A stretch of 64,000 bases of DNA from Limnochordaceae bacterium (GTDB lineage Bacteria; Bacillota; Limnochordia; Limnochordales; DUMU01): positions 12,381 to 76,380 of the forward strand of contig JADBKQ010000005.1 in NCBI GenBank assembly GCA_014896305.1. The letters are read 5' to 3'. The position numbers were made by a program, and so were the translations under genes. Positions 1-10,000 of this stretch are shown here, in pieces. The first letter of the stretch is position 1. Each line of letters opens with the position of its first letter. Below the pieces are notes generated by a model. The model was not told where the DNA came from. It saw only the letters and a list, made by a program, of their open reading frames with translations, and made no database searches.

Positions 1-30
1 GCTACCGCCTTCCTTTGCGTCACTGCACTG

Positions 31-912
31 GTGCTGCTTTTGGGGTGGCCTCAAAGAGCCCTCCTGACCGATATCGTACCACCTGCCGACCCCGCGCGGC
101 TGGTCTCCTGGGTGGCGGAACGAGCCTTGCTGGCCTGGATTCTCTCCGCCCAGGTGCTGAGCCTTCTGGTCGTCGCCTTTTACTGGGCGTCCGCACCCAC
201 CTGGTCTGAACGTTCGCTCTCCTTACAAGCCTACGCCCTGGCCGCACCTACCACTCCGCTGCGCTGGTTCATGGCCCACGGCACGGGCGTCGCCCTTGCC
301 CTCATTCCCCTACCTGTATTGGCCTTGCCTTTGGATCTAGTGGCTGCCGGCACCGGCCAGTTGGCCACTGCTGTACCGCCTAACCTTTCCGCCCTTCCGT
401 CGCCCGGCTGGCTTGGACCGTGGGCAGTTGCCCATACTATCGCCTGGCTGGTCACCAGTGTTGCGGCCGGAACATGGGCTGGCTTGACCTGGGAACCGGT
501 GACCCGGCGGGTGGCAACCGCGGGGATGGCACTGGTCGCCCTGTTTGCCTATGCCGCCTTGATGATGGGCTTCATGGGGGCGCAGTCCGGGCCGCTGGGC
601 GCTACCCTGGCCAGGACGTCGTGGGGCAGGAGCCTCGTGTTGGGGTTGGATCCTGCCATCCCGATCTGGAGTCTCGTGGCCACGCTCACCGTGCCCGCTG
701 CCCGGGCGTGGCCGTCCCCATCAGCGGGCGGCGCGGCGCTGAGTCTCACCTCCCCGGTCTTGCTGGCTCTCTTGTTGTCCTGGGGAGTGGCCCGGCGAGT
801 TCATCTCCTGCGCGCGTACTTTCAGCCAGGTCAACCTCTGACCGGCTCCCCGGAGTCCGGGTTCTCCTCTGCGTCTGTGGAGACCAAAGGGGGTGAAAGC
901 CATGCCTCCTGA
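31..912 (+). CDS. polytopic membrane protein of unknown function (may be 5'-truncated by the window edge)
   Basis: 293-aa ORF starting at GTG 31, but the frame stays open back to nt 1. Several long Ala/Leu/Trp-rich hydrophobic segments. Its stop overlaps the next gene start (ATG 902) by 11 nt. Confidence 0.45.
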   Translation: MLLLGWPQRALLTDIVPPADPARLVSWVAERALLAWILSAQVLSLLVVAFYWASAPTWSERSLSLQAYALAAPTTPLRWFMAHGTGVALALIPLPVLALPLDLVAAGTGQLATAVPPNLSALPSPGWLGPWAVAHTIAWLVTSVAAGTWAGLTWEPVTRRVATAGMALVALFAYAALMMGFMGAQSGPLGATLARTSWGRSLVLGLDPAIPIWSLVATLTVPAARAWPSPSAGGAALSLTSPVLLALLLSWGVARRVHLLRAYFQPGQPLTGSPESGFSSASVETKGGESHAS

Positions 913-2635
913 TGAAGTTTCCCCGACGCCCACCCCTGTACGGCCCGAGCTGTTTCTCAACCCTCTTGACCAGGGAAGCGGTTGGCTCCCAGCGACGGCT
1001 CTCCCTGGCTACCCACGATTGGCCGAGGCCGCGCCTCTGCTTTCCGCCCGGCTTCGCACGTTGCAGCGCCGCCTGTGGCGACACCACGTGGGGTGGGGCA
1101 TGGTGACGGGGATGCTGTTGGCCGGCTCTCTGCTGGGCATGGCGGGCAGCCTGTTGTGGAGCGGATGGCTGGGCAGAGCCCCTGCACACTTTCTCTCATC
1201 CCGCACCGCGATCAGCTGGGGAGCGGCGATCTTGACCCTGGGCATGGTCGCAGGAGCGGCGGTGAGCTGGGCAGAGGGGGTACGACGGCAGCGGTTCACC
1301 TTGCGGCAGGCGGCGCTGTTGCTGGACAAAGCGGCAGGCACCGGCGGCCAGTTTGTCGCCACCGTCGAGGTATGGTCGTCCCAGCTGCCTCGCCGCGGTC
1401 AGCTCCAACCTGCCTGGGCTGCCTTGGTCACCACCAGCAACACGGCTTTGCGTGAACGAAGCGGCATCCCTCCCATCAGGGTTCGCCTGCCCATCCCCTA
1501 CCCCCGCCTGCTGGTTGTCGCTGGTGGCCTCCTCCTGGCCAGCGGCCTGCTAGGCTATGTTCTCGCTACCCACCCGGCCAAGGAGACCGCCCAGGTGGAA
1601 CAGCCCATCCATACCGCCCAGTCTCCCGCCGCGGCGCGGGTGCAAGCCGCCTTCGATTCCTTGCAGAGGCTGGCCGGGCAACTCGAGAAGCAAAGCGGTT
1701 CACCGGCGGCGCAGAAGGCCGCCCAGGAACTACGGGCGGCCGCCGACCGGCTCGCCGCGCAGGGGGAGGCGGGCTTCGCGGCCGCGCTGGAACATGTGTA
1801 CCGGGCCTACAATGACTCCCTCGCACAGGCCTACGCCCGCCCGACCCCAGGGGGTAGACCGGGGCAGTTGGAAGCGTCCGCCTCCGCACAGGTGGACAGC
1901 AGCTGGCTGGAAGGCCTCGGGGCAGTAGCACAGCAGCTGGTGGCATTGGCGTACGGGGTCCCCACCGCCGGGCAGATCGGCGATGGGTCTACCCCGCCCC
2001 CCAATGATCTGGCGCTGGCCCCTCTGGGAGACTCCCCACCAGGGCCCACAGGGTCGCGACCTACCGATACCTCACCGTCGTCGGGTCCATCGGCTGCCCG
2101 TGGGGAGGCAAGCCCTCCTGAGCCCGTTCAAGATCATTCCTCCAATACTTTCAATACCATGCCCCGTGACCGGCAGGGGTCCTCTCCCTCAGCGGGCCAG
2201 GCTGGAACGGACCGGCTGCAGCCCGGGCCGGAAGGAGGGCAAGTCTCCCGGGAAAACCCACGGGGAAGTCAGGATGGGGTGCCCCCGGCTCGGGCACCCG
2301 GGGTAGGCGGGCCGGCAGGCGGTGGTTCACCGGTGCCGGTGGGCAACGGTGAACCGGGGATGCCGGGCGGGTCTCAGGCAGGCGTGGGGGATGACCCTGA
2401 CCGGCTGGGAGCCCCCGGGTCGCTGGCCGGAGGAGGCGGGCCCTGGAGCTGGTTGCCCGGCCAGCCGGGCAGCGGGCTCCTCTGGTCTGCCAGCGGTCTC
2501 CAGCTGCCAACCGCCGTACCGGGCGGCGAGCCGGGCCCGCTCCCCCACGTCCAAGCCCCAGAGCAGGCAGTTGCCATCTCCGAGCTCCCCCTGGCGTACC
2601 AGGAGTGGATTCGCCGATATTTCTCAGGAGGATAA
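902..2635 (+). CDS. membrane-anchored Pro/Gly-rich protein, first conserved member of the MoxR/VWA cluster (DUF4175-like by position and C-terminal ...YQEWIRRYF motif; inference)
   Basis: ORF 893..2635, with an in-frame ATG at 902. Hydrophobic helices occur near aa 60-130 and 200-225. A coiled/Ala-rich middle is followed by a long low-complexity P/G/S tail. It ends 3 nt before the MoxR start, which is preceded by an AGGAGG. Confidence 0.6.
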   Translation: MPPDEVSPTPTPVRPELFLNPLDQGSGWLPATALPGYPRLAEAAPLLSARLRTLQRRLWRHHVGWGMVTGMLLAGSLLGMAGSLLWSGWLGRAPAHFLSSRTAISWGAAILTLGMVAGAAVSWAEGVRRQRFTLRQAALLLDKAAGTGGQFVATVEVWSSQLPRRGQLQPAWAALVTTSNTALRERSGIPPIRVRLPIPYPRLLVVAGGLLLASGLLGYVLATHPAKETAQVEQPIHTAQSPAAARVQAAFDSLQRLAGQLEKQSGSPAAQKAAQELRAAADRLAAQGEAGFAAALEHVYRAYNDSLAQAYARPTPGGRPGQLEASASAQVDSSWLEGLGAVAQQLVALAYGVPTAGQIGDGSTPPPNDLALAPLGDSPPGPTGSRPTDTSPSSGPSAARGEASPPEPVQDHSSNTFNTMPRDRQGSSPSAGQAGTDRLQPGPEGGQVSRENPRGSQDGVPPARAPGVGGPAGGGSPVPVGNGEPGMPGGSQAGVGDDPDRLGAPGSLAGGGGPWSWLPGQPGSGLLWSASGLQLPTAVPGGEPGPLPHVQAPEQAVAISELPLAYQEWIRRYFSGG

Positions 2636-2638
2636 AGC

Positions 2639-3919
2639 ATGGCTGAAACCACCGATTTCTCGGGATTGCCCAATGCAAGGCCCGAGGCTGGGCCGGCAGG
2701 CGGCAGCACTGCCCCCTCCCAGGACATCGTCGAACAGTTGGCTACCGAATACCGGTTGGCCCAGATCTCGTTCACCCGTTTGCGGGAAGCCTTGAGCCAG
2801 GTGATTGTGGGCCAGGCAGACGTGATCGAGCAAGTGCTCATAGCCTTGCTGGCCGAGGGGCATGTCCTGCTCGAGGGAGTACCCGGCGTAGGCAAGACCC
2901 TCCTGGTCCGCACCCTGGCGCAAGGGCTGGACCTGCGGTATAGCCGCATCCAGTTCACTCCGGACCTGATGCCGGCGGATATTCTTGGTACTCATGTCCT
3001 GCTCGGACTGGACAGCCACGCAGCCGCCGCGGGTCCGGCGGCTCCCCAGACCCGGGGCGCTCCCGGAAGCGAAGAGAAATGGCCACCGCCTGGCGGCCGC
3101 GGCTCGACCGAGGAAAGCCAGCGCCCGCTGCTCCAGTTCCAGCCGGGCCCGATCTTCGCCCAGATTGTCCTGGCGGACGAGATCAACCGGGCCACGCCCA
3201 AGACCCAGGCCGCTTTGCTGGAAGCGATGCAGGAGCGGCGGGTCACCATCGGGGGTCACGCCTACGAGCTCGAACGGCCGTTCTTCGTGCTGGCCACCGA
3301 AAACCCCCTGGAAATGGAAGGCACTTACCCATTGCCCGAAGCCCAGTTGGACCGCTTCTTTTTCAAAATCCTCGTACCCTCTCCTTCGTTTGAAGAGTTG
3401 CGGCAGATCGTCGAACGGACGACGGGCAACAGCACCCCTTCCATCCGTCCAGTCCTCATGGCGGCCGAGTTGCTCCGGCTGCAGCGTCTGATCCGGGACA
3501 TCCCCATACCGTCACCGGTTCTGGAGGCCGCTTTGCGCCTGGTGGCCGGCTCTTCGCCCAGCTGTCCCTGGGCGCCGCCCTCCGTCCGGCAGTATGTGGC
3601 CGTAGGCGCCAGTCCGCGCGCAGCTCAGGCGATCATCCTGGCGAGCAAAGCCCGGGCCTTCTTGCACCAGCGGGCCTACGTGACGCTGGCCGATGTCGAG
3701 GCGGTAGCCCGACCCGCTCTGCGGCATCGCCTCTTCCTGCGCTTTACCGCGGCCGCCGACGGAGTGGCGAGCGAAACCATCCTGACGGACCTGCTCCAAC
3801 AGTTTCAATCCAGTGAAAGCGAAAAAGCCCGCCCGGCGCGCGTCGGTGTCTCTTTTGCCGCGCCGCCATTGCCGGCCGGTGAGTCAACCAGGGGGAGCGA
3901 ACCGCATGCCTCTGCTTGA
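2639..3919 (+). CDS. MoxR-family AAA+ ATPase
   Basis: Walker A GVPGVGKT. Walker B VLADEINRATPKTQAALLEAMQE. Motifs PFFVLATENP and LPEAQLDRF are present. AGGAGG lies 8 nt upstream of the ATG. There is a low-complexity insert between the Walker motifs. Confidence 0.9.
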   Translation: MAETTDFSGLPNARPEAGPAGGSTAPSQDIVEQLATEYRLAQISFTRLREALSQVIVGQADVIEQVLIALLAEGHVLLEGVPGVGKTLLVRTLAQGLDLRYSRIQFTPDLMPADILGTHVLLGLDSHAAAAGPAAPQTRGAPGSEEKWPPPGGRGSTEESQRPLLQFQPGPIFAQIVLADEINRATPKTQAALLEAMQERRVTIGGHAYELERPFFVLATENPLEMEGTYPLPEAQLDRFFFKILVPSPSFEELRQIVERTTGNSTPSIRPVLMAAELLRLQRLIRDIPIPSPVLEAALRLVAGSSPSCPWAPPSVRQYVAVGASPRAAQAIILASKARAFLHQRAYVTLADVEAVARPALRHRLFLRFTAAADGVASETILTDLLQQFQSSESEKARPARVGVSFAAPPLPAGESTRGSEPHASA

Positions 3920-4814
3920 GCCTGAGTTTCTGTCCCGGCTGGAACAGTTGCGTCTGGTGAGCCGCAGCCGGGCTAGCGGCCGCTTGCCGGGAGTCCGTCC
4001 TTCCCGGCGGACGGGCAGCAGTATCGAGCTGGCCGATCACCGGGAGTACCAGCCCGGCGATGATCTTCGTTACGTCGATTGGCAGGCGTACGCCCGGCTC
4101 GGACGGCTATTCGTGAAATTGTGGATGGCCGAAGAGGACCTGGTGGTCACCATCATCGTCGATGCCAGCGCCTCCATGGCCTGTGGCCAACCCACCAAGC
4201 TGGAACGGGCCAAACAACTGGCCGCCGCCTGCGGTTTCATTGCTCTGACCGGGGGCGATCAGCTCCGCCTGGCGGTCCTGGCCGGCCGGGCGCAGGAGAA
4301 GATTTTCCTGTCGCCACTGCTGCGGGGGCGGGCAGAGGCGCTCTGGTTGTTTCGCAAGCTGGAAGAGTTGCTGGCCGGAGGCCGGGCCGACCTGGAACAG
4401 GATCTGTCTTTCGTGGCTGCCTCTCTGCCTCATCCCGGCGGGTTGAGTATCCTGCTGACGGATGGTCTGGACCCGGCCGGTCCTGGTGCATTGGCCAAAG
4501 GATTGCGGGCCTTGCACGGCGCCCACCAGGAGATCGTCTTCCTTCAACTCCTGTCCCCGTCCGAGCTGAGGCCCAACAACCAGGGAGAGTACCGCTTCCT
4601 CGACGCCGAAGGCGGCCCCGCCGTGGAGCTCGCCTTGACCCGCTCGGTACTCCAGCTCTACCAGGTCGAACTGGAGCAATGGCTGCAGGAGATCCAGACC
4701 AGCAGCCGCCAGCTGGGGGCCGATCACTTGCTGGTCGATACCCAGCTCCCCTGGCAGCAGGCGGTCTGGCAGGGATTGCACAGTCTTCGCCGGTTGCAAC
4801 TGCGTCCGGATTGA
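3906..4814 (+). CDS. DUF58 family protein (MoxR partner, vWA-like fold)
   Basis: The hallmark ...HREYQPGDDLRYVDWQAYARLGRLFVK... is followed by IIVDASASM. ATG 3906 overlaps the MoxR stop by 14 nt. The longer track ORF (3813) would be an N-terminal extension inside moxR. Confidence 0.85.
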   Translation: MPLLEPEFLSRLEQLRLVSRSRASGRLPGVRPSRRTGSSIELADHREYQPGDDLRYVDWQAYARLGRLFVKLWMAEEDLVVTIIVDASASMACGQPTKLERAKQLAAACGFIALTGGDQLRLAVLAGRAQEKIFLSPLLRGRAEALWLFRKLEELLAGGRADLEQDLSFVAASLPHPGGLSILLTDGLDPAGPGALAKGLRALHGAHQEIVFLQLLSPSELRPNNQGEYRFLDAEGGPAVELALTRSVLQLYQVELEQWLQEIQTSSRQLGADHLLVDTQLPWQQAVWQGLHSLRRLQLRPD

Positions 4815-4851
4815 GGCGGCACGTGTCGCAGAGGGGGAGGGGTATAGTGGC

Positions 4852-7065
4852 GTGAGCTTTACGTCGGTATGGGCCGGGCTAGCGGCACTACTTTTGATCC
4901 CAGCCATCGTGCTGTTGCACTGGCTGCACCGCCAGCAGCGCCAGCAGGTTGTCCCCAGCACATACTTGTGGCAGCGGCTGAGCCAGAGATTGGTTCACCG
5001 GACCTACTGGCGCCGGCTCCTGACCTCGCCCCTGTTTTGGCTGCAGATTCTGGCTGCCGTCTTCCTGGCCCTGGCTCTCAGCGACCCCCACTGGCACAGC
5101 CGGGCGACGCCGCTCCCCCCGGTGTGGCAGGTGATTCTCGACGAGTCGGCCAGCATGCGGGCGGTCGGAGAGAATGGCCAGACTCGTTTCGCCCTCGCCC
5201 AACGCGTTCTCGACCAGCTCAGCCGGGACGCTCCCCCCCAGGTCCGCTGGCAAATCCTCACCGCCAGCCCGCAGCCGCAAGCCCTGGGCGACGACCTCGA
5301 TCCTCGCAAACCTTCGACCCGTGCCCTCTGGGCCGGCCGGCAGCCGGCGCATGGTCCAGCGGACTGGCAGGCAACCATCCGGCTGGCCCGTGCCCTGCGC
5401 CCGCCCCGCACCCAACAAGTCGTTCTGGTAACCGATGGTGCGCTAGACAACTCGATCGTCTCCGAACTGGACACCCCCTCTGCCCCTGTGATCGTCCATC
5501 TCGCCCGCCAGGGGGCGGATCGGCCCAACGTCGGTATTACCCGCTTCGATCTCACCCCTCTGGGGGAGTCGGTCAGCCAGTATCAGGCCCTGGTTACTTT
5601 ATTCAACACCGGACCTGGCACAGCCTCATACACCCTGGATTGGAAGGTGAACGGCGCACCACTACGTTCAGCTCCCCCGCAACAGGGGCTCATCCCTCCC
5701 GGCCGCGAGGTCTCCCTCCTCGTCCGCCTGGCGCTGTTGCCCGGGCAAGTGGTGGAGGCGCACCTTAGCCCAGCCGATGCGTTAAACGACGACAACCAGG
5801 CCTTCCGCGTCACCCTGCCGCTCCGCCGCGCCAAGATTCTCCTGGTGACGCCAGGCAACCCTGCCTTGGCCCATGGCCTTTCCATTTTCCCAGGGGTACA
5901 GGTGGTCACCATGACCCCGCCAGGCGCTCCCGGCACTTCCCGCCGGCCGTTCCCCCTTCCGGACTGGGACGACTACGACCTGGCCATCTTCGATCGAATA
6001 CCGCCCCCGTCTTTGCCCCCCCTCCCCTGGATTGCCTGGGGGCTACCGGCGGCCGCCCTGGAACAGGCGCTTCCTCCCCTGCAGGCTCATTTTTGGGCTC
6101 AATGGCTCTCGCACCACCCGGAATCGTCCACCCCCGTCATCGCACCTACCACCCTCGACTGGGATGAAGACCACCCTCTATCCCAGTACGTCTCTTGGGA
6201 TGAGATTCACGTCCGGTCCGCCTGGCCCTTACCCACGCTCTTGGGAGGACTGCCATTGTGGGAGAGCGCTGGCGGCCCGCTGGTTCAACTGGGGCCGGAA
6301 CGTCCTGGCTACCTGATCATCGCCTTCGATCTCACCCAGACGGATTGGCCGCTCCAATACTCCTTCCCCGTCTGGCTCAAAAATCTGCTGGACTGGAGCC
6401 TGCCCTGGGCCGCGGAGGCGGTCGGACCGTCCCTCCATACCGGTGAACCGCTGCCGCTGCGTTCCTTGCCTGCCCGCCTATTTCCCCCAGCCGGCGTCAC
6501 GGACGTCCCGTTTCGTTCCGCTCACCTACCGCCAGTGAGCCACCGCCCATATGTGCAGCCAACTATACCGCTCCGTACCCTGCTCTCGCCCGCAGTTCCC
6601 CCGGCCCAGGCCGCTTCCCGCGAGGGGACCGCCCGCCCCCTGATCATCGTGGGCCCGGACGGCTACCGAGAGCCTTTTGAACGTTCTGCGCCGCCCTCTG
6701 CCGGAGCCGCTGGTACGACCGCTTTGTGGTCTGCGCCGCTCACCGCCCCGTATGGTGGATACTGGCTGGAACAAGCTGGACAGGTGGTCGCCGGCTGGAG
6801 CATCAATCTTCTCTCGCAGGAGGAGTCCGATCTCCGGCTACGACTGACGACTCTCACGACGGCCGCCGCGCCCAGGGCTGCCAGTCCTCCTCCCCCATTG
6901 CCTCGTGGGGCCAACAGCCGGCCTTTACAGCTCCCTGCCGTCGTCATTCTGACCCTCGTTTTGCTAGCGGAGGCTCTGCTCTTTGTTTGGGAGAGCCGAC
7001 CGGTCTCCCCCCGCCAGCCTTTGCCGTCCTCCCGCTGGTCGACCCGGAAGGGGGGAGCTGGCTGA
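4852..7065 (+). CDS. BatA-like protein: N-terminal double-transmembrane (aerotolerance-regulator N-terminal) domain plus VWA domain plus C-terminal TM anchor
   Basis: The N-terminus WAGLAALLLIPAIVLLHWLHRQ is typical of the BatA N-terminal domain. A MIDAS-like LDESASM is present. There is a C-terminal hydrophobic helix. GTG start with GAGGGGGAGGGG about 10 nt upstream. Confidence 0.8.
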   Translation: MSFTSVWAGLAALLLIPAIVLLHWLHRQQRQQVVPSTYLWQRLSQRLVHRTYWRRLLTSPLFWLQILAAVFLALALSDPHWHSRATPLPPVWQVILDESASMRAVGENGQTRFALAQRVLDQLSRDAPPQVRWQILTASPQPQALGDDLDPRKPSTRALWAGRQPAHGPADWQATIRLARALRPPRTQQVVLVTDGALDNSIVSELDTPSAPVIVHLARQGADRPNVGITRFDLTPLGESVSQYQALVTLFNTGPGTASYTLDWKVNGAPLRSAPPQQGLIPPGREVSLLVRLALLPGQVVEAHLSPADALNDDNQAFRVTLPLRRAKILLVTPGNPALAHGLSIFPGVQVVTMTPPGAPGTSRRPFPLPDWDDYDLAIFDRIPPPSLPPLPWIAWGLPAAALEQALPPLQAHFWAQWLSHHPESSTPVIAPTTLDWDEDHPLSQYVSWDEIHVRSAWPLPTLLGGLPLWESAGGPLVQLGPERPGYLIIAFDLTQTDWPLQYSFPVWLKNLLDWSLPWAAEAVGPSLHTGEPLPLRSLPARLFPPAGVTDVPFRSAHLPPVSHRPYVQPTIPLRTLLSPAVPPAQAASREGTARPLIIVGPDGYREPFERSAPPSAGAAGTTALWSAPLTAPYGGYWLEQAGQVVAGWSINLLSQEESDLRLRLTTLTTAAAPRAASPPPPLPRGANSRPLQLPAVVILTLVLLAEALLFVWESRPVSPRQPLPSSRWSTRKGGAG

Positions 7066-10000
7066 TGGTGCGCTTCCTGCAGCCACAGGGGTTCTGGCTT
7101 TTGACAGGGCTGGCAGGCATGGCAATGGTGGCTGGGCGCGTGTTCCGGCACTCCACTCGTGAACCAGAGGGCGGCAGTCCATCCAGTCCGTCTGCTCCTT
7201 CATCCCGCCCATGGCTCTGGCTGGCTCTACGGACCCTGGCTGTGTTGTGCGTCACGCTGGCGCTGGCCAGACCCGTTTGGGACAGGCCACAGCCTTTCGA
7301 ATCCCGGGTGTTCGTAGCCGACCTCTCCGACAGCATCCCGCCCACCCTGCAGCAGGCTGAAGCTGAGTGGATCAGCCGGCAACTGACTCGCTCCGACTCC
7401 CATCACCCGGCTGCTGTGGTCGCCTTCGGGGAGAGCGCTCTCGTCGAGCGGCCCCTGCGCCCTCAGGCAACGCAGGCAGCGCCGTCGCCCACCCAAGGAT
7501 TCTTATCCCGGCCCGGCGGAAGTGCAACCCATATCGAGGCTGCGTTGGAACTGGCGGCCTCCCTGATCCCGCCTGGCCTGCCTGCCCGCCTCGTCCTGCT
7601 GAGCGACGGCGGGGAAACGGACGGCTCCGCCCTGCAACAGGTGGAGCGTCTCCGCCAGCGAAACCTGCCGGTAGACGTACTCACGCTACCCACTCATACG
7701 GGCGAAGAGGTGGCCGTCGTCGGCCTGCGGGCGCCGAGCCGCATCGCGTCTACGCAACCGTCGCTGGCTGCCACCATCCTGATCGAGCGGTTCGGTCCAC
7801 CCTTGACCGTCCCTCTCGAGGTGACCGTGGCGGGATCCCCAGTGTACAGGGCGAGTGTCGCCCTGCACTCCGGAAAGAACAGCGTCCGACTCTCCTTGCC
7901 GCTCCCACCGGACGCACGTCAGAGCAACACGTTTGCGGTCGAGGTTACACTGACCGCCGACCCCCGCCACGATCAGCAGCCGGGCAACAATCGCAGCGCC
8001 TTCCTGGTACGGGTGAGCGGCCCCGCCCGTTATCTCGTGGTCACCTCTGACCCCGCCCAATCCCTGGCCGCCCCCCTCCTGCAACAGCAGGGGCTGACCG
8101 TCGATGTACTTCCCCCCGCCGCCCTGCCTGCACAGGTGGGTGGCCTGGCCGGCTGGGCCGCAATCGTCTTCGAAGATCTACCCGCCTACACCTTGACCGA
8201 TCTGCAATTGAAGGCGGTTCAACGGTATGTAGAGCAAGCCGGTGGCGGGCTTTTCGTCATCGGCGGACCAAACAGCTACGGACCGGGTGGCTATTTTGGC
8301 ACCCCGCTGGAGCAAGTTCTGCCGGTCTACTCAGAGGCTCCGGAACGGGTTTTCGCACCCAGTTTGGCCTTGCTGCTGTTGATCGACCAGTCGGGCAGCA
8401 TGGGGGATCTGGTGGCCACGGAGTCCTCCGGCTCCACGGGCACGTCGCCCGCCTCCCCTTCGGCCTCTGCCCCCATGCAGACCAAACTGGATTTGGCCAA
8501 GCAGGCCGCGCTGGCGGCCGCCTCCGTCCTGTCGCCCGCCGACCTGATCGGGGTGATCAGTTTTCAAACCTCTCCCATCTGGGCCGTGCCGCTACAACGG
8601 GCCGAAAACCAGCTCCTGATCAGGGCTCAGCTCTCCCGCCTGCTGCCGGGCGGGGGTACCGCCATCGCCCCCGCGCTGCAGCAGGCCGCCGCGTTGCTGC
8701 CGGGCGTGCAAGCCATGGTCAAACACGTTCTCCTCCTCACCGACGGGCGCGGCGAGACGAACGACTACTCCGCCCTGATCCAGCAACTCCGCAAGGCCGG
8801 AGCGACCCTCACGACGGTAGCCGTCGGGCAAGACGCAGACCAGGCGCTCCTCCAGGAGATGGCCCGGCAAGGAAGCGGCCGCTTCTACGCCGCCGACCCC
8901 CGGCAAGTCCCCCGCATCTTCGTCACCGAAACCCAGTCAGTCACCCGCGACCTGCGACGGGACGAGACCTTTGTCCCGCTGCCGGCCGCCGCTGGGCCAG
9001 CTCCTTTCTGGCCTTCCCAGGAGCCACTCCCCCCCCTTCACGGCTACGTCATGACGACGCCCAAACCCCAGGCTCAACTGTGGTACATCGTGCCCTCGCA
9101 GAAAAGCCCGCTGCTGGTGGGCGGCCGCTTTGGCCTGGGCCAAAGCGTCGTCTTCACCTCCGGGCTGGCCGGGCGCTGGGGAGAATCGTGGCGACGCTGG
9201 CCCCAGCTGGGCGCCTTCCTGGCCCAGATCGTGCGAAGTCTGGCCAATGTGGCGGCCGACGAACAGCTCCGCAGCCGGCTGGAGTTCCACGGGGGAGAGG
9301 CCCGCCTCATCCTGGAGGCTGTCCGCCCCGACGGCACGTATCGGTCTTTCCTGCATCCCACGGCCACCCTGGCCTTCCCTTCTGGCCACCAGGAGAATGT
9401 GGCCCTGCAAGAACAACAACCAGGGCTCTATGTGGGTGAGGTGGCTGCCGCCGAAAGCGGCCCGTACCTGGCTACTTTCACCGTGCCCTCCGAGACTGGT
9501 ACCTCCCCTCCTGAGCGGACCCAGGCGGTAGCCCTCCAACCGTATCCGGCAGAATACCGGCAACAGCAAAGCCGCCGGCCGCCACTTCTGTTTGAACTGG
9601 CTACGCTCACCGGCGGCCACCTTCTAACCTTTGACTCGGACGCCTGGTCCGTGGGAGGACGCCAGCTGGCCGTGCCTGTCCCCTTGACCGCCCTCTTCCT
9701 GGCCCTGGCCGCCCTTTCGTTTCTGGCCGATCTGTCGGTCCGTTACGTGCCGGCAGGCAGCCTTGGCCGGCTGCGGCAGTGGTGGGGCGCCCGGCTCTCC
9801 TCCTGGCGTCATCGACGCCGGGCAGTACCTGCCCGTTCTCCGGCCTCCCCGGCCGGCCCGGCCCCCAGCACACCCACGCCTGCCCCCGGCCACACGCTCG
9901 CCCCGGCAGCAATAGAGACCTCGCAAGCACAAGATCCCTTGGAAGAGCTGCTACGAGAGCGTTTGGCCCACCTCTACGAAGAACGCCGGCAGATCCTGTC

